This document shows positions 28,028 to 36,960 of a stretch of 47,174 nt of DNA, one piece after another. Both the position numbers and the translations under genes were made by a program. The notes below the pieces were generated by a model. That model was not told where the DNA came from and ran no database searches. It worked only from the letters and a program-made list of their open reading frames with translations. The number at the start of each line of letters is the position of its first letter. The first letter of the stretch is position 1. Source of the stretch: Armatimonadia bacterium (GTDB lineage: Bacteria > Armatimonadota > Zipacnadia > Zipacnadales > UBA11051); the NCBI GenBank assembly GCA_039683575.1, contig JBDKRC010000180.1, positions 1 through 47,174 on the forward strand. The letters run 5' to 3'.

Positions 28028-29638
28028 ATGCCCATCCACACCTGGCTCTCCACTTCCCTCACCCGCTGGTTCCCAGGCAGCGAACCCGCCTCCACCCGCG
28101 CCCTCAAGCTCCAGGCCCTTCGCGGCGAACAGGTCTCCTTCCAGGCCTGTGTGAAGGTCACCGGCACCGACCAGCACACCGACATGAACGCCTCGCTGGC
28201 CGCTGACTCGGCGCTTCAGACCCGCCTGCGGCGCGTGGGCTGCGTGCCGGTGCCACACCACAACACACTCACCCCGGAAGACGAACTCGACGGGGTCGGC
28301 CACATCCCCGGCTACGTCCCGGATGTGCTGCTTGAGGAAACCGAAGTCCGGCTTGCACCTAACGAGACGCAGGCTTTCTGGATCACCGTCAAAGTGCCCG
28401 CAGAGGCCCCTGAGGGCACGTACGCGCTGTCTCTGACCTTCCAGATCGGCGATCAGACCCGCAAGCTGCAGGCCACTGTGCAGGTCCTGCCCTACTCCCT
28501 GCAGCCGCGCCAGAATTTCCCGGTGACCCAGTGGTTCTACGCCGACTCCCTGTGCGACTGGTACAAGCTCGACCCATGGCAAAAGCCGCTCTGGACGCTT
28601 CTGCGCCGCTACTTCGACTGCTATGTGGGCCACGGGTTCGACACGCTGCTGACCCCGCTGTTCACCCCGCCGCTCGATGGCATCAAGCGCCCGACGCAAC
28701 TGCTCGGGGTCAGCAAGCAGGGCCGGCGATACCAGTTTGACTGGAGCGAGGTAGAGCGCTGGGTGAAGACGGCGAAGGCCGCCGGAGTGCAGAATTTCGA
28801 GTGGTCGCACTTCTTCACGCAGTGGGGTGTACAGCACGCGATCCGCATCTACGAGGGGCATGGGCTGGAGGAGAAGCTGCTGTGGCCCGCGGACACCGGG
28901 GCCACCTCAACGACCTACAGGGGCTTTCTGGGGCAGCTTCTGCCGGAACTCTACAACTTCCTGAAGAGCAAGCGCCTGCTGGGCAAGTCCTTCTTCCACG
29001 TCTCGGACGAGCCCCACGGCGAGGAGCACCGGGCCAACTACATGGCCGCCCGCGCCCTGCTAAAGGAAGTCGCGCCCTGGATCAAAACCATGGACGCCCT
29101 GAGCGAGATAGACTATGGGCGCCAGGGGCTCACGGACATGCCGGTGCCGTCGATCAAGGTCACGAAACAGTATGCGGACGAGGGAATCGCGAGCTGGACG
29201 TACTTCTGCTGCGGGCCGCGGGGACGGTACCTGAACCGGCTGCACGACACGCCGCTGCCCAAGCTGCGCATGGCCGGGTGGCTGTTCCACCGCTTCCAGC
29301 GGCTCGGCTTTTTGCACTGGGGGTTCAACTACTGGTACAAGAGCCAGACGCGGCAGCTCATAGACCCGTACGTGGTCACAGACGGGCTTTTGTGGCCGGG
29401 TTGGGCCTATGGGGATACGACGCTCGTGTACCCGGGGGCCGAGGGTCCGGTGGAGTCGATTCGCGGGCAGGTGTTCGCCGAATCCCTGCAAGATCTGGCG
29501 CTGTTGCAGACGGCCGGGGTGGCGGGCGATGACAAACTCCTCCAGCCGCTGAAGGACTTCGATGACTTCCCGAAGGACGAAAAGTGGCAGCAAGAGGCGC
29601 GGAAGGCAGTGCTCAAGCGACTCAAAACAGGGGGCTAG
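28028..29638 (+). CDS. DUF4091-domain / GH123-like putative glycoside hydrolase
   Basis: LRGEQVSFQ, VSDEP, WTYFCCGP, GFLHWGFNYW and GDTTLVYPG...ESIR motifs. Confidence 0.85.
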   Translation: MPIHTWLSTSLTRWFPGSEPASTRALKLQALRGEQVSFQACVKVTGTDQHTDMNASLAADSALQTRLRRVGCVPVPHHNTLTPEDELDGVGHIPGYVPDVLLEETEVRLAPNETQAFWITVKVPAEAPEGTYALSLTFQIGDQTRKLQATVQVLPYSLQPRQNFPVTQWFYADSLCDWYKLDPWQKPLWTLLRRYFDCYVGHGFDTLLTPLFTPPLDGIKRPTQLLGVSKQGRRYQFDWSEVERWVKTAKAAGVQNFEWSHFFTQWGVQHAIRIYEGHGLEEKLLWPADTGATSTTYRGFLGQLLPELYNFLKSKRLLGKSFFHVSDEPHGEEHRANYMAARALLKEVAPWIKTMDALSEIDYGRQGLTDMPVPSIKVTKQYADEGIASWTYFCCGPRGRYLNRLHDTPLPKLRMAGWLFHRFQRLGFLHWGFNYWYKSQTRQLIDPYVVTDGLLWPGWAYGDTTLVYPGAEGPVESIRGQVFAESLQDLALLQTAGVAGDDKLLQPLKDFDDFPKDEKWQQEARKAVLKRLKTGG

Positions 29639-29716
29639 GCTGTCCATTTCAGGGCCCAAACGCGACAGTTGAAGTTGACCAATGTAACGATTTGGGCCGA
29701 AAATCAGGACTGATTT

Positions 29717-29766
29717 CGGGGTTCGCATGGGGCCTTTGAGGGCCGCCCGCGAACCCCGTTTTGTTT
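29717..29766 (+). terminator. Intrinsic terminator
   Basis: Stem cggggttcgc...gcgaaccccg followed by ttttgttt, between convergent genes. Confidence 0.6.
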
Positions 29767-29814
29767 ATTGTATACAATGACTCGAATCGCTACCTCAATG
29801 GCGACAGTCCCGGC

Positions 29815-30768
29815 CTAACCGAGACGCCAGGGCTTGGTGGTGCGGAAGCGGTTGACGAACTTGTTGGTCAACACGCCAGTTTCCTCGAGGTGGACCATGC
29901 AGGAGCGGATGCAGCCACGCGCTCCCTCAATCGCCGGGTTGTTGCCGTAGATATTGGGGTAGCCGCCGGCTTCCGCCAGCTCCGGGCGCCCGCAGTACTT
30001 GTTGGCGTAGGTTGCCTCATCGGTGCCGGGGCGCATGAAGGGGTTGTACTCGGCCTTGCCGCCGCAGTAGGCGATGGAGCATTTCATGTAATCGAACTTG
30101 CCGTACTCGATGGTCCGGCCGGCGATCACGAGCTTTTCGGTTTCGGTCGTGGAGATGGCCTCGCCGGAGCAGTCCACCGCACAGAGCTTGCAGCGGTCAC
30201 AGAGCTTGCCCTCAAAGAGCGGATCGGGCTGCAGTGGCGCGTCGGTCAGGAGCATCACGAAGCGCTGGCGGGGGCCAAACTCGGGGGTGAGGAAGATCTT
30301 GCTGTAGCCGAACTCCCCCATACCCGCGGCGAAGGCAGCGATGCGATAGTCCACCAGGACGTCAGGGTGCGGCTTGTCCGGCGATACCGGACGGCTGACG
30401 GTGGGGTCGAAGGTCTGGGTGTGGAAGAGTACGGAGGTGCCGTTGAACATGTTGGGCACCGGCGCAGCCTCGTAGCCGTGATCCTCGATGAAGCAGCAGA
30501 GCTCCCGCAGCACGATTGGCATGTAGAAAGTGTTCATCCCGCCGTAACCCATGGAGGCGTAGGCAGCGAAGTATGTGCCCTCCTCAATGCCGCGGAAGTA
30601 CCCGCGAGGCAGGCGGAAGGCCAGCACCACGGCGGCCTGTGCCGCGGGGAAGATGTAGCGGGGATCCTGCTGTTTGGGGGCGCCTTCGAAGCGGTCCATT
30701 GAGGCGATGCCGACGAGGTCGGCGCCCATCATCTTGGCCTGGTTCTTCACTGCTTCGGCGGTCAGCAT
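29815..30768 (-). CDS. QueG/reductive dehalogenase-like Fe-S protein (probably cobalamin-binding)
   Basis: GADLVGIA, AAFAAGMGEFG, LTPEFGPRQRF..LLTDAPL.PDP, CDRCKLCAVDC and later Cys residues. ATG 30768 follows AAGGAG. Confidence 0.82.
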   Translation of the reverse strand: MLTAEAVKNQAKMMGADLVGIASMDRFEGAPKQQDPRYIFPAAQAAVVLAFRLPRGYFRGIEEGTYFAAYASMGYGGMNTFYMPIVLRELCCFIEDHGYEAAPVPNMFNGTSVLFHTQTFDPTVSRPVSPDKPHPDVLVDYRIAAFAAGMGEFGYSKIFLTPEFGPRQRFVMLLTDAPLQPDPLFEGKLCDRCKLCAVDCSGEAISTTETEKLVIAGRTIEYGKFDYMKCSIAYCGGKAEYNPFMRPGTDEATYANKYCGRPELAEAGGYPNIYGNNPAIEGARGCIRSCMVHLEETGVLTNKFVNRFRTTKPWRLG

Positions 30769-32081
30769 TGTCGGGTTGCTCCTTGTAAGGTGGAGGGCCA
30801 CACCTGTTGGGCCGCGGTGGCGGCGGTGTTGAAGAAATCGTCGGGGCCGAAGTTGCCGCCTTTGAGGGCGATGACGAGGTCGCGATCGGGCAGGGCGCGG
30901 CAGAGCGGGACGCCGGGGGCGAGTTCGCGGAGGATCTCGACGGCGCCGAGACCGAGGGCCTGGCAGACGGCGCCGGAGGTTTCGCCGCCAGCGACCAGGA
31001 GGTGGCGAAGGCCGCCACGGCGGACGGCGAGGCGGGCGAGGGCGCCGAGGAAGTGTTCGATGCGGAGGCCGAATTCGCGGGCATCGGGACAGGCGAGGCG
31101 TTCGGCGGCGGGTTGGGAGGTAGCGACGAGGACACGCTTGGTGGTGCGGAAGGCGGCGCTGACGTCGCGCCAGAGGGCCTGGGCGACGCGGGTGGGTGAG
31201 GCGGTGAGAAGAGGCGTGAGGTCGGGGCGGAGGATGGTGAAGGTGTCGGCGTGGTCGAGTTGGCGGAGGGTCTGCGCGGCGCAGGAGCCGGAGAGGGCGA
31301 GGAGGGGAGGAGAGGTGCGAGAGCGGGTTGGGACGGCCTGGGCCGGCTGAAGCTCGGCCCCTCCTAACGGCGAGACGCGACTCCAGATGGAGGGTAGCTC
31401 CATCGCCAGGGCGGAGGAGCCGGAGATGAAGGGGAGGTCGGAGGTGGCGCGGGCTATGGTGCGGACGTGGCGCTGGTCGAGGCAGTCTATGACTACGTAT
31501 TGCTGATTCGTGGCCCAGAGGGCTTCGAGTTGGCGGCGGATGGTCTGAGGGCCGCGTTGGACTATTTCATAGGGGAGGAGGGCGACCGGGCGGGTGGTCT
31601 GGCGCTTGAGCCAGCGGACGAGGTTGGCGTCCGTCATGGGATTCAGCGGGTGGTGGCGCATCGGCGATTCGTCGAGGGGCAGGCCGTGGACGAAGTGGTG
31701 GCCCTGGTAGGTGGTGCGGCCATTGACGGGCAGCGCGGGGACGACGATGGCGCCGCGGAGGTTAAAGAGATCGAGGGCGACGTCGAGGATGGGCCCGATG
31801 TTGCCCTCAGGCGTGGAGTCGAAGGTGGAGCAGTACTTGTACTGGACCATGCGGGGCTGCAGGGATTCGGCGCGTTTGAGGAGGCGACGGGAGAGGCGGC
31901 GGGCTTCTGGGACGGGGGTCGAGCGGAGGCGGGTGGCGTAGGTGATGGCGTCCCAGTCGGCGGGGTTGACGGGGTAGCGCTCGCTGAGGATGAGAAGGGA
32001 GGAGGCACCGGCGCGCGCGAGCATCCCGGCCTGGTCGGAGGCGCCGGTGAAGTCGTCGGCGATGGTGATGAGGTCGGGCAT
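30762..32081 (-). CDS. otnK: Four-carbon acid sugar kinase family (DUF1537), 3-oxo-tetronate kinase-like
   Basis: IADDFTGASD, YKYCSTFDSTPEGNIGP, MRHHPLNPMTDANL, AGGETSGAV and LKGGNFG..DFF. Confidence 0.85.
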   Translation of the reverse strand: MPDLITIADDFTGASDQAGMLARAGASSLLILSERYPVNPADWDAITYATRLRSTPVPEARRLSRRLLKRAESLQPRMVQYKYCSTFDSTPEGNIGPILDVALDLFNLRGAIVVPALPVNGRTTYQGHHFVHGLPLDESPMRHHPLNPMTDANLVRWLKRQTTRPVALLPYEIVQRGPQTIRRQLEALWATNQQYVVIDCLDQRHVRTIARATSDLPFISGSSALAMELPSIWSRVSPLGGAELQPAQAVPTRSRTSPPLLALSGSCAAQTLRQLDHADTFTILRPDLTPLLTASPTRVAQALWRDVSAAFRTTKRVLVATSQPAAERLACPDAREFGLRIEHFLGALARLAVRRGGLRHLLVAGGETSGAVCQALGLGAVEILRELAPGVPLCRALPDRDLVIALKGGNFGPDDFFNTAATAAQQVWPSTLQGATRQC

Positions 32082-32752
32082 CAGGTGGCTCCCAGCGCGC
32101 GCAGGACCTCGCCAGCGCGGATAAGGCCGCTGCGGGGGCTGGAGAGGATTGGCGTTGTTACCTCGCCAAGCTGCGCGGCGATCGAGGCCATGGAGGCCTG
32201 GGCCAGGACGATTACCTCGGCGGCGTCGGGGCCGGTTAGTAGGGTCTGCAGGCCCTCAAGGACGAGGCGGTCGTGCTCGGCCTGGTTGCCGGACGAGCCG
32301 GCGGCGAAAGCGCCCTCGCAGAGATGGCGGCGGACGGTCACGATGCGGCCGGCGTCGGTGGCGGCTCGCTCTATTATGTCAGCGGTGGGCCCAAGGGTAG
32401 TGCCGAGGGTGGCGATGACGGCGATATTGGTGCCGAGCGAGACGGCTTCTTCGGCCATGGGACGGTCAATGCGCAGGACCGGGGTATGGGTGAGCCTGGC
32501 GGCCAGTTCGGCGCAGGGGCCGATGGAGGAGCAGGTGACAAGGACGACGTCGCAGCGCTCGGCGGCGAGGAGCACAAGCTGCGTCACGCGGCGGTGAATG
32601 TCGGGCGTGAGGCCACCGGCGGCGATGGCGTCCTGGAGGACCGACTCGTCGAGGTAGTGAAGCTGGCGGACGCCAGGGAGGAGTTCGGTGGCGAGGTCGG
32701 ACAGCGGCATGACGACACGGCGGACAGTGTGGAGGAGGCCGAGGGTTGGCAT
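32081..32752 (-). CDS. Aspartate/glutamate racemase family protein
   Basis: MPTLGLLHT, LVTCSSIG, RIDRPMA, VLAQASMA and PILSSP. TGATG overlap with the kinase start. The upstream ORF extension lies in repeats. Confidence 0.85.
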   Translation of the reverse strand: MPTLGLLHTVRRVVMPLSDLATELLPGVRQLHYLDESVLQDAIAAGGLTPDIHRRVTQLVLLAAERCDVVLVTCSSIGPCAELAARLTHTPVLRIDRPMAEEAVSLGTNIAVIATLGTTLGPTADIIERAATDAGRIVTVRRHLCEGAFAAGSSGNQAEHDRLVLEGLQTLLTGPDAAEVIVLAQASMASIAAQLGEVTTPILSSPRSGLIRAGEVLRALGAT

Positions 32753-32841
32753 GGGGAGAGGGTTCGACGCCTGGGGGTGGGAGGCCTGCGTGGAGGCGTT
32801 GATGGTTGGTCGTTTGCGGCAGGTTGACGGGATCGACCGGG

Positions 32842-32929
32842 ACGAAAACGGGGACAGACACCAATTTCGCATGTGGCTTTGAGGAAGCCGAGAGGAGGTT
32901 GCGAAATTGGTGTCAGTCCCCATTTTCGT
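32842..32929. repeat. 30-bp inverted repeat (REP/MITE-like)
   Basis: acgaaaacggggacagacaccaatttcgca and tgcgaaattggtgtcagtccccattttcgt pair at 28/30 around a 28-nt spacer. Confidence 0.75.
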
Positions 32930-32930
32930 T

Positions 32931-32995
32931 GGTGTCGGTGCGAGACGCACCGACCTACGCGTGGGCGGGCTCCCCAGTTGGAGAGCCCGCCCACA
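32931..32995. repeat. GTAG-type REP-like hairpin plus adjacent hairpin
   Basis: gtcggtgcgagacgcaccgacctacgc (same family as 38453-38590) and gtgggcgggctc...gagcccgcccac. Confidence 0.65.
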
Positions 32996-33026
32996 ATCGC
33001 TACTGACCAAGTTCCGACTTACAGAC

Positions 33027-35924
33027 CTATTGTGGTTTGAGCCAGCCGAAGTCGGTGGCGGGGTTGAGGTCGCCCCAGACGAGGCGGCCCTGGGCGGGTT
33101 CGCGTTTGGCCCATGAGCACTCCGCGCCACCAGGAGCGCTCGCTATCGGCATCTGGCGGATTATGTTGACGCGGAACGGGCGGGGCTTGCGGTTGGGCTT
33201 CTGGCCTAGCCAGTCGAGGGGGATCCGGAGGACGGCGGACCACTCCTTCTTCCCCATCTTCGTTTCCACTGTCCAGCCGGCGTTTTCGCGCGGGATGTAG
33301 CCATCGTCCTGCTGGCAGCGGGCGACGCCGGAGGGGCTGATATGGAAGATGCGGCGGGGCTGGGTGCGGGTGGGTTCGACGTAGATCTGCAGGGCCTCGC
33401 CCTCGCCAGACTTGCGGCCGCCGGCTTTGCACGTCACGCCGATGAGGATGGCGTTGTCGGTGCGGAGGGCTTTCCAGGTGGTGCTGCGACCGTCGTGGTC
33501 GGCGGGGTCCACCGGGAGGTGGTCACACGGGTCGTAGGCGCACTTGCGGCGGCGGTCGGGGTTGAAGACGTGGCGGAGCCAGCTGGCGCATTCCTGCTCG
33601 GGCGCGTCACCCCAGGCGCCGCCGATCGGGCGGCCGGTGAGTTCGGGCTCGACGGTGGCTTGGGGCGCGAAGCAGACGCGGCCGGTCGGAGCTTCGCCGG
33701 TGTAGTCCGGGAAGAGCGAGCCGGGCTGTTTGGCCTGCTTTTCGATGGGCGGGAATTCCTCGGTGAGGAGCTGCTTGAGCTGGTCCAGCCGCCAGCGGAG
33801 GAGGGCCGGGTGGTACTTGTAGCCCTCGGCCTCGGAGTGGAAGCCCAGACGCGAGTCGGCCTCGGCGAGGGGGAGAAGCTCCTCGGTGACCTTCATCTCG
33901 GCGCGGACAAGGGCCTTCATGTCGGCGAGCAGGCGCTGCTTTACGGCAGGAGCCTTGGCGTCGGCGAGTTTCTCGCGGAGTTGATAGAAGCGCAGGATGT
34001 TGTAGCCGCTGCGGAACTGCAGGCCGAGGGCGACGGCGAGGTTGAGGTCCTTGACGCGTTCGGGGCTCCAGGCGAAGTGTTTGCGGACCTGCTTGAGGAT
34101 CTCGACGCCGCGCCCCCAGTAGTCGGCCATGCGCCCGCAGAGGGTAACCATCTCGGCGAGGGTGAAGCCGTTGGTGACACACATGCCGACGTAGTCACCG
34201 CTGGGCGGGTAGGCGATCTGCCAGGTGGAAGCGAGCGGGAGGCGGCGGGGGATCAGGTAGAGCGGCCACGCGGGACCGTCGTGCATGGGGCCGTAGTAGC
34301 CGAAGACGTGGGCAGTCGGGTAGTTGTGGTAGCCCTTCTCAAACCATTCCCAGGCGTCCACTACCTGCTCGGAGTACTCGCCGTAGTCGCGCCCGGCGAG
34401 GGAACGGAGGAAGTCGCGGTTGGTCTTCGGGAAGGGGGCGAAGGAGAGTTCGCCGGCGGCGCGGGTCATGAGCGAGGGGTAGGTGCCGAAGTACCACGAC
34501 TCCATCGCGGCGGAGACGCCGAGTTCGTGGATGGCGCTGTACTTGCGGTAGAGGCGGCCGGGAGCGGGGACGACCTGGGTGGTGGCGACTTCGTGGGAGC
34601 AGCCGACCTGGAGCTTCGCGCCAGCGCGGGCACCGTGCTTGATGGCCGCGGTGGCGGCACCCTGGAAGAGGTCGCTCGGGCCGACGTAGGAGAGCCAGTA
34701 GTCCCAGGTGGGACGGAGCTTGCCAAGCTGGAGGTTCTGGCCGCCGGTCTCGAAGTTGTGTTGGAGGATCACGCCGGGCGGGCAGTGGGCGGCGGCTTCG
34801 ACGGTCTTCTCCGGGCCCCAGCAGATGAACTGGCCATAGGGCCAGGCGACGATTTCGGCCTCGGGGTTGACGGCGTCCATCCCCCGGCGCATGGCGCTGA
34901 CGGTGTCCCAGAGGACCTCGTAGGGCTTGCGCTTGGAGCAGCGGGGGCAGTTGTTTTTGGTGGGCCACGAGCCGCCGTCGGGGATGGCGCCGGAGTAGCA
35001 GTGGGTCTGGCGCTCGCCGACGGGGATGACGATCAGGCCGCCGAGGCCGGGGACCTCTTCGAAGAGGGTGCGGACAGCTTCTTCGACGTAGGCCTGCCCC
35101 TTCTCGGTACTGGTGCAGAAGGAGCCGTTGTGGCCGATGAGTTCGGGATGGGCTTTGGCGGCGGCCTGGACGACCGGTTCCGGGCGATTCAGAGAGGCAG
35201 GCTCGATGCAGAAGGGATAGATGCGGATGCCATAGCGCTCACACTTGGCGACAGTGCGGCGGAGCTTCTCGAGGCGGAAGGCGGAGTTCCGGCCGTACTC
35301 AGGGATGATCTTCGAGGGGATGGTGTCGAACCAGTTGATGGTCATCCACAAGACGTTGACGCCCTCGTGGGCGAGACGGTTGAGGTACTCCTCGGGATAG
35401 TAGTCCACGTCGTCGGCAAGCTCCTCGCGGCACTTGGGCGGGCGGTTGATGGGGCCGTAGAAGCAGCGGGAGATGCGGGTGCGGACGAGTGGGGTGCGCT
35501 TGATCGTGCCGAGGGGCAGGAACGGGCCGCCGCGACGCTGGAGTTCGTCTTCGAGGTAGATCAGGCCACGGCGGATGCCCTCGGTGTCGGCGGCGCAGAG
35601 CTCGCAGGCCTCTGGGGTGACGTGGATGATGAACTCCTCGTTGACCGAGGTCTCGCAGGGGCGGATGACGAGGGGGTAGGGGCCATCGGCGGGCAGGGAA
35701 ACCGTGCCGAGAAAGAAGCGGAAGTCGGCATAGGCGGTCTCGAGGAGGCCGCGCGGGTCGGGGAAATCGATCTGCAGGTGCAGGCCCTCGGGGAAGGCGG
35801 CTTCACCCTTGGCGGGCCTGCGGGGCTTCCACTTGAGGGGCTGGTGGTACTTGGCGGTGCGGAGGTCCGCGATGAATTGCCAGTCGGATTCCGGTGGTTG
35901 GGGTGGGAGTTTCTGCAGTCTCAT
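33027..35924 (-). CDS. Large hypothetical protein, putative glycoside hydrolase (GH20-domain-2-like N-terminus, barrel, CBM9-like C-terminus)
   Basis: 965-aa ORF with host-like codon bias. EEFIIHV...AADTEGIRRGL resembles hexosaminidase domain 2; the C-terminal WSAVLRIPLDWL...FRVNI.R is CBM9-like. No signal peptide. Confidence 0.65.
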   Translation of the reverse strand: MRLQKLPPQPPESDWQFIADLRTAKYHQPLKWKPRRPAKGEAAFPEGLHLQIDFPDPRGLLETAYADFRFFLGTVSLPADGPYPLVIRPCETSVNEEFIIHVTPEACELCAADTEGIRRGLIYLEDELQRRGGPFLPLGTIKRTPLVRTRISRCFYGPINRPPKCREELADDVDYYPEEYLNRLAHEGVNVLWMTINWFDTIPSKIIPEYGRNSAFRLEKLRRTVAKCERYGIRIYPFCIEPASLNRPEPVVQAAAKAHPELIGHNGSFCTSTEKGQAYVEEAVRTLFEEVPGLGGLIVIPVGERQTHCYSGAIPDGGSWPTKNNCPRCSKRKPYEVLWDTVSAMRRGMDAVNPEAEIVAWPYGQFICWGPEKTVEAAAHCPPGVILQHNFETGGQNLQLGKLRPTWDYWLSYVGPSDLFQGAATAAIKHGARAGAKLQVGCSHEVATTQVVPAPGRLYRKYSAIHELGVSAAMESWYFGTYPSLMTRAAGELSFAPFPKTNRDFLRSLAGRDYGEYSEQVVDAWEWFEKGYHNYPTAHVFGYYGPMHDGPAWPLYLIPRRLPLASTWQIAYPPSGDYVGMCVTNGFTLAEMVTLCGRMADYWGRGVEILKQVRKHFAWSPERVKDLNLAVALGLQFRSGYNILRFYQLREKLADAKAPAVKQRLLADMKALVRAEMKVTEELLPLAEADSRLGFHSEAEGYKYHPALLRWRLDQLKQLLTEEFPPIEKQAKQPGSLFPDYTGEAPTGRVCFAPQATVEPELTGRPIGGAWGDAPEQECASWLRHVFNPDRRRKCAYDPCDHLPVDPADHDGRSTTWKALRTDNAILIGVTCKAGGRKSGEGEALQIYVEPTRTQPRRIFHISPSGVARCQQDDGYIPRENAGWTVETKMGKKEWSAVLRIPLDWLGQKPNRKPRPFRVNIIRQMPIASAPGGAECSWAKREPAQGRLVWGDLNPATDFGWLKPQ

Positions 35925-35976
35925 GCTCTTGTCCTGTGGTCAGTAGTGCGGAGGAGATGCTGCCGTTCCGCCGCTG

Positions 35977-36891
35977 CTATTGGGTCTTTATGAACGTGCC
36001 CTTGCTGTATTCGTCGAAGGCCTGCCGTAGTTCCTCTTTGGTATTCATCACAATCGGCCCCCACCAGGCAACGGGTTCGCCCAGCGGCTGGCCAGAGACC
36101 AACAGGAAGCGGACCGGCTCGGCTTGCGTGATGACCACGATACCCCCGCCCTCTTGGCCGTAGAGCACCAGATGCTCCGAGTCCACCATGCCTTCGCGCT
36201 TGAGGTCGAAGTACCGCTGGTGGGTCTCGTGGTGCGAGTAGGGGTCGCGGCATTCGTCGAAATAGGCCTGGCCCTCGTAGAGGTAGGCAAGGACGGTGTG
36301 GCCGGGCTTGATTGCATGCTCGAAGACGGTGTCGGGCGGGACGGTGAGGTCCAGATACTCCGGATCGGTCACAATGTCGGTGACCGGGCCGGAGACGCCG
36401 TTGAGGGTGCCGCAGACGATCTTGGCCTGCACGCCGGAGGGGAGGGTGACAGTGGGAATCTCGGCGGCAGTCAGGCCACGGTAGCGCGGGTCCATCATCT
36501 TGTGGGAGCGCGGCAGGTTGGCCCACAGTTGGAAGCCACCCATACGGCCCTGTGGGTTGCCACGGGGCATCTCCTGGTGGATCACGCCGCTGCCGGCGGT
36601 CATCCACTGCACGTCGCCGGGGTAGATGACGCCCTCGTTGCCCATGCTGTCGCCGTGATCCACCTCGCCCTCGAGCATGTACGTTATGGTCTCGATGCCG
36701 CGGTGTGGATGCCAGGGGAAACCGGGGAGGTACTGGCTGGGATCGTCACCGCGGAAGTCGTCGAGCAGCAGGAAAGGATCAAGCTGCGGCACCTCGTCGA
36801 AGCCGAAAGCGCGGCGGAGATGCACGCCGGCGCCCTCGACGGTCGGGACGCTTTGCCAGATGCGGGCGATGGAGCGGTGGTCGGTTGGCAT
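35977..36891 (-). CDS. Pirin family protein
   Basis: EGAGV, DPFLLLDDF, GFPWHPHRGIETITY, GDVQWMTAGSGVIHQEMP, FQLWANLP and GPIVMNT. Confidence 0.95.
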   Translation of the reverse strand: MPTDHRSIARIWQSVPTVEGAGVHLRRAFGFDEVPQLDPFLLLDDFRGDDPSQYLPGFPWHPHRGIETITYMLEGEVDHGDSMGNEGVIYPGDVQWMTAGSGVIHQEMPRGNPQGRMGGFQLWANLPRSHKMMDPRYRGLTAAEIPTVTLPSGVQAKIVCGTLNGVSGPVTDIVTDPEYLDLTVPPDTVFEHAIKPGHTVLAYLYEGQAYFDECRDPYSHHETHQRYFDLKREGMVDSEHLVLYGQEGGGIVVITQAEPVRFLLVSGQPLGEPVAWWGPIVMNTKEELRQAFDEYSKGTFIKTQ

Positions 36892-36960
36892 GAGATGGCC
36901 TCCTGGTCGGTAAGCGTGTCAAAGTCGGGGTCAGTGACCCCTCCCACGGTGAGATGACGC

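Noticed and set aside
29815-30768. Assigning queG or rdhA
   Set aside because: Family motifs fit, but there is no Tat signal or rdhB partner and the context is sugar metabolism, so orthology cannot be supported.
33342-35993. 883-aa plus-strand ORF
   Set aside because: Antisense shadow of the 965-aa gene caused by strong codon bias; low-complexity G/A/V/E translation with no motifs.
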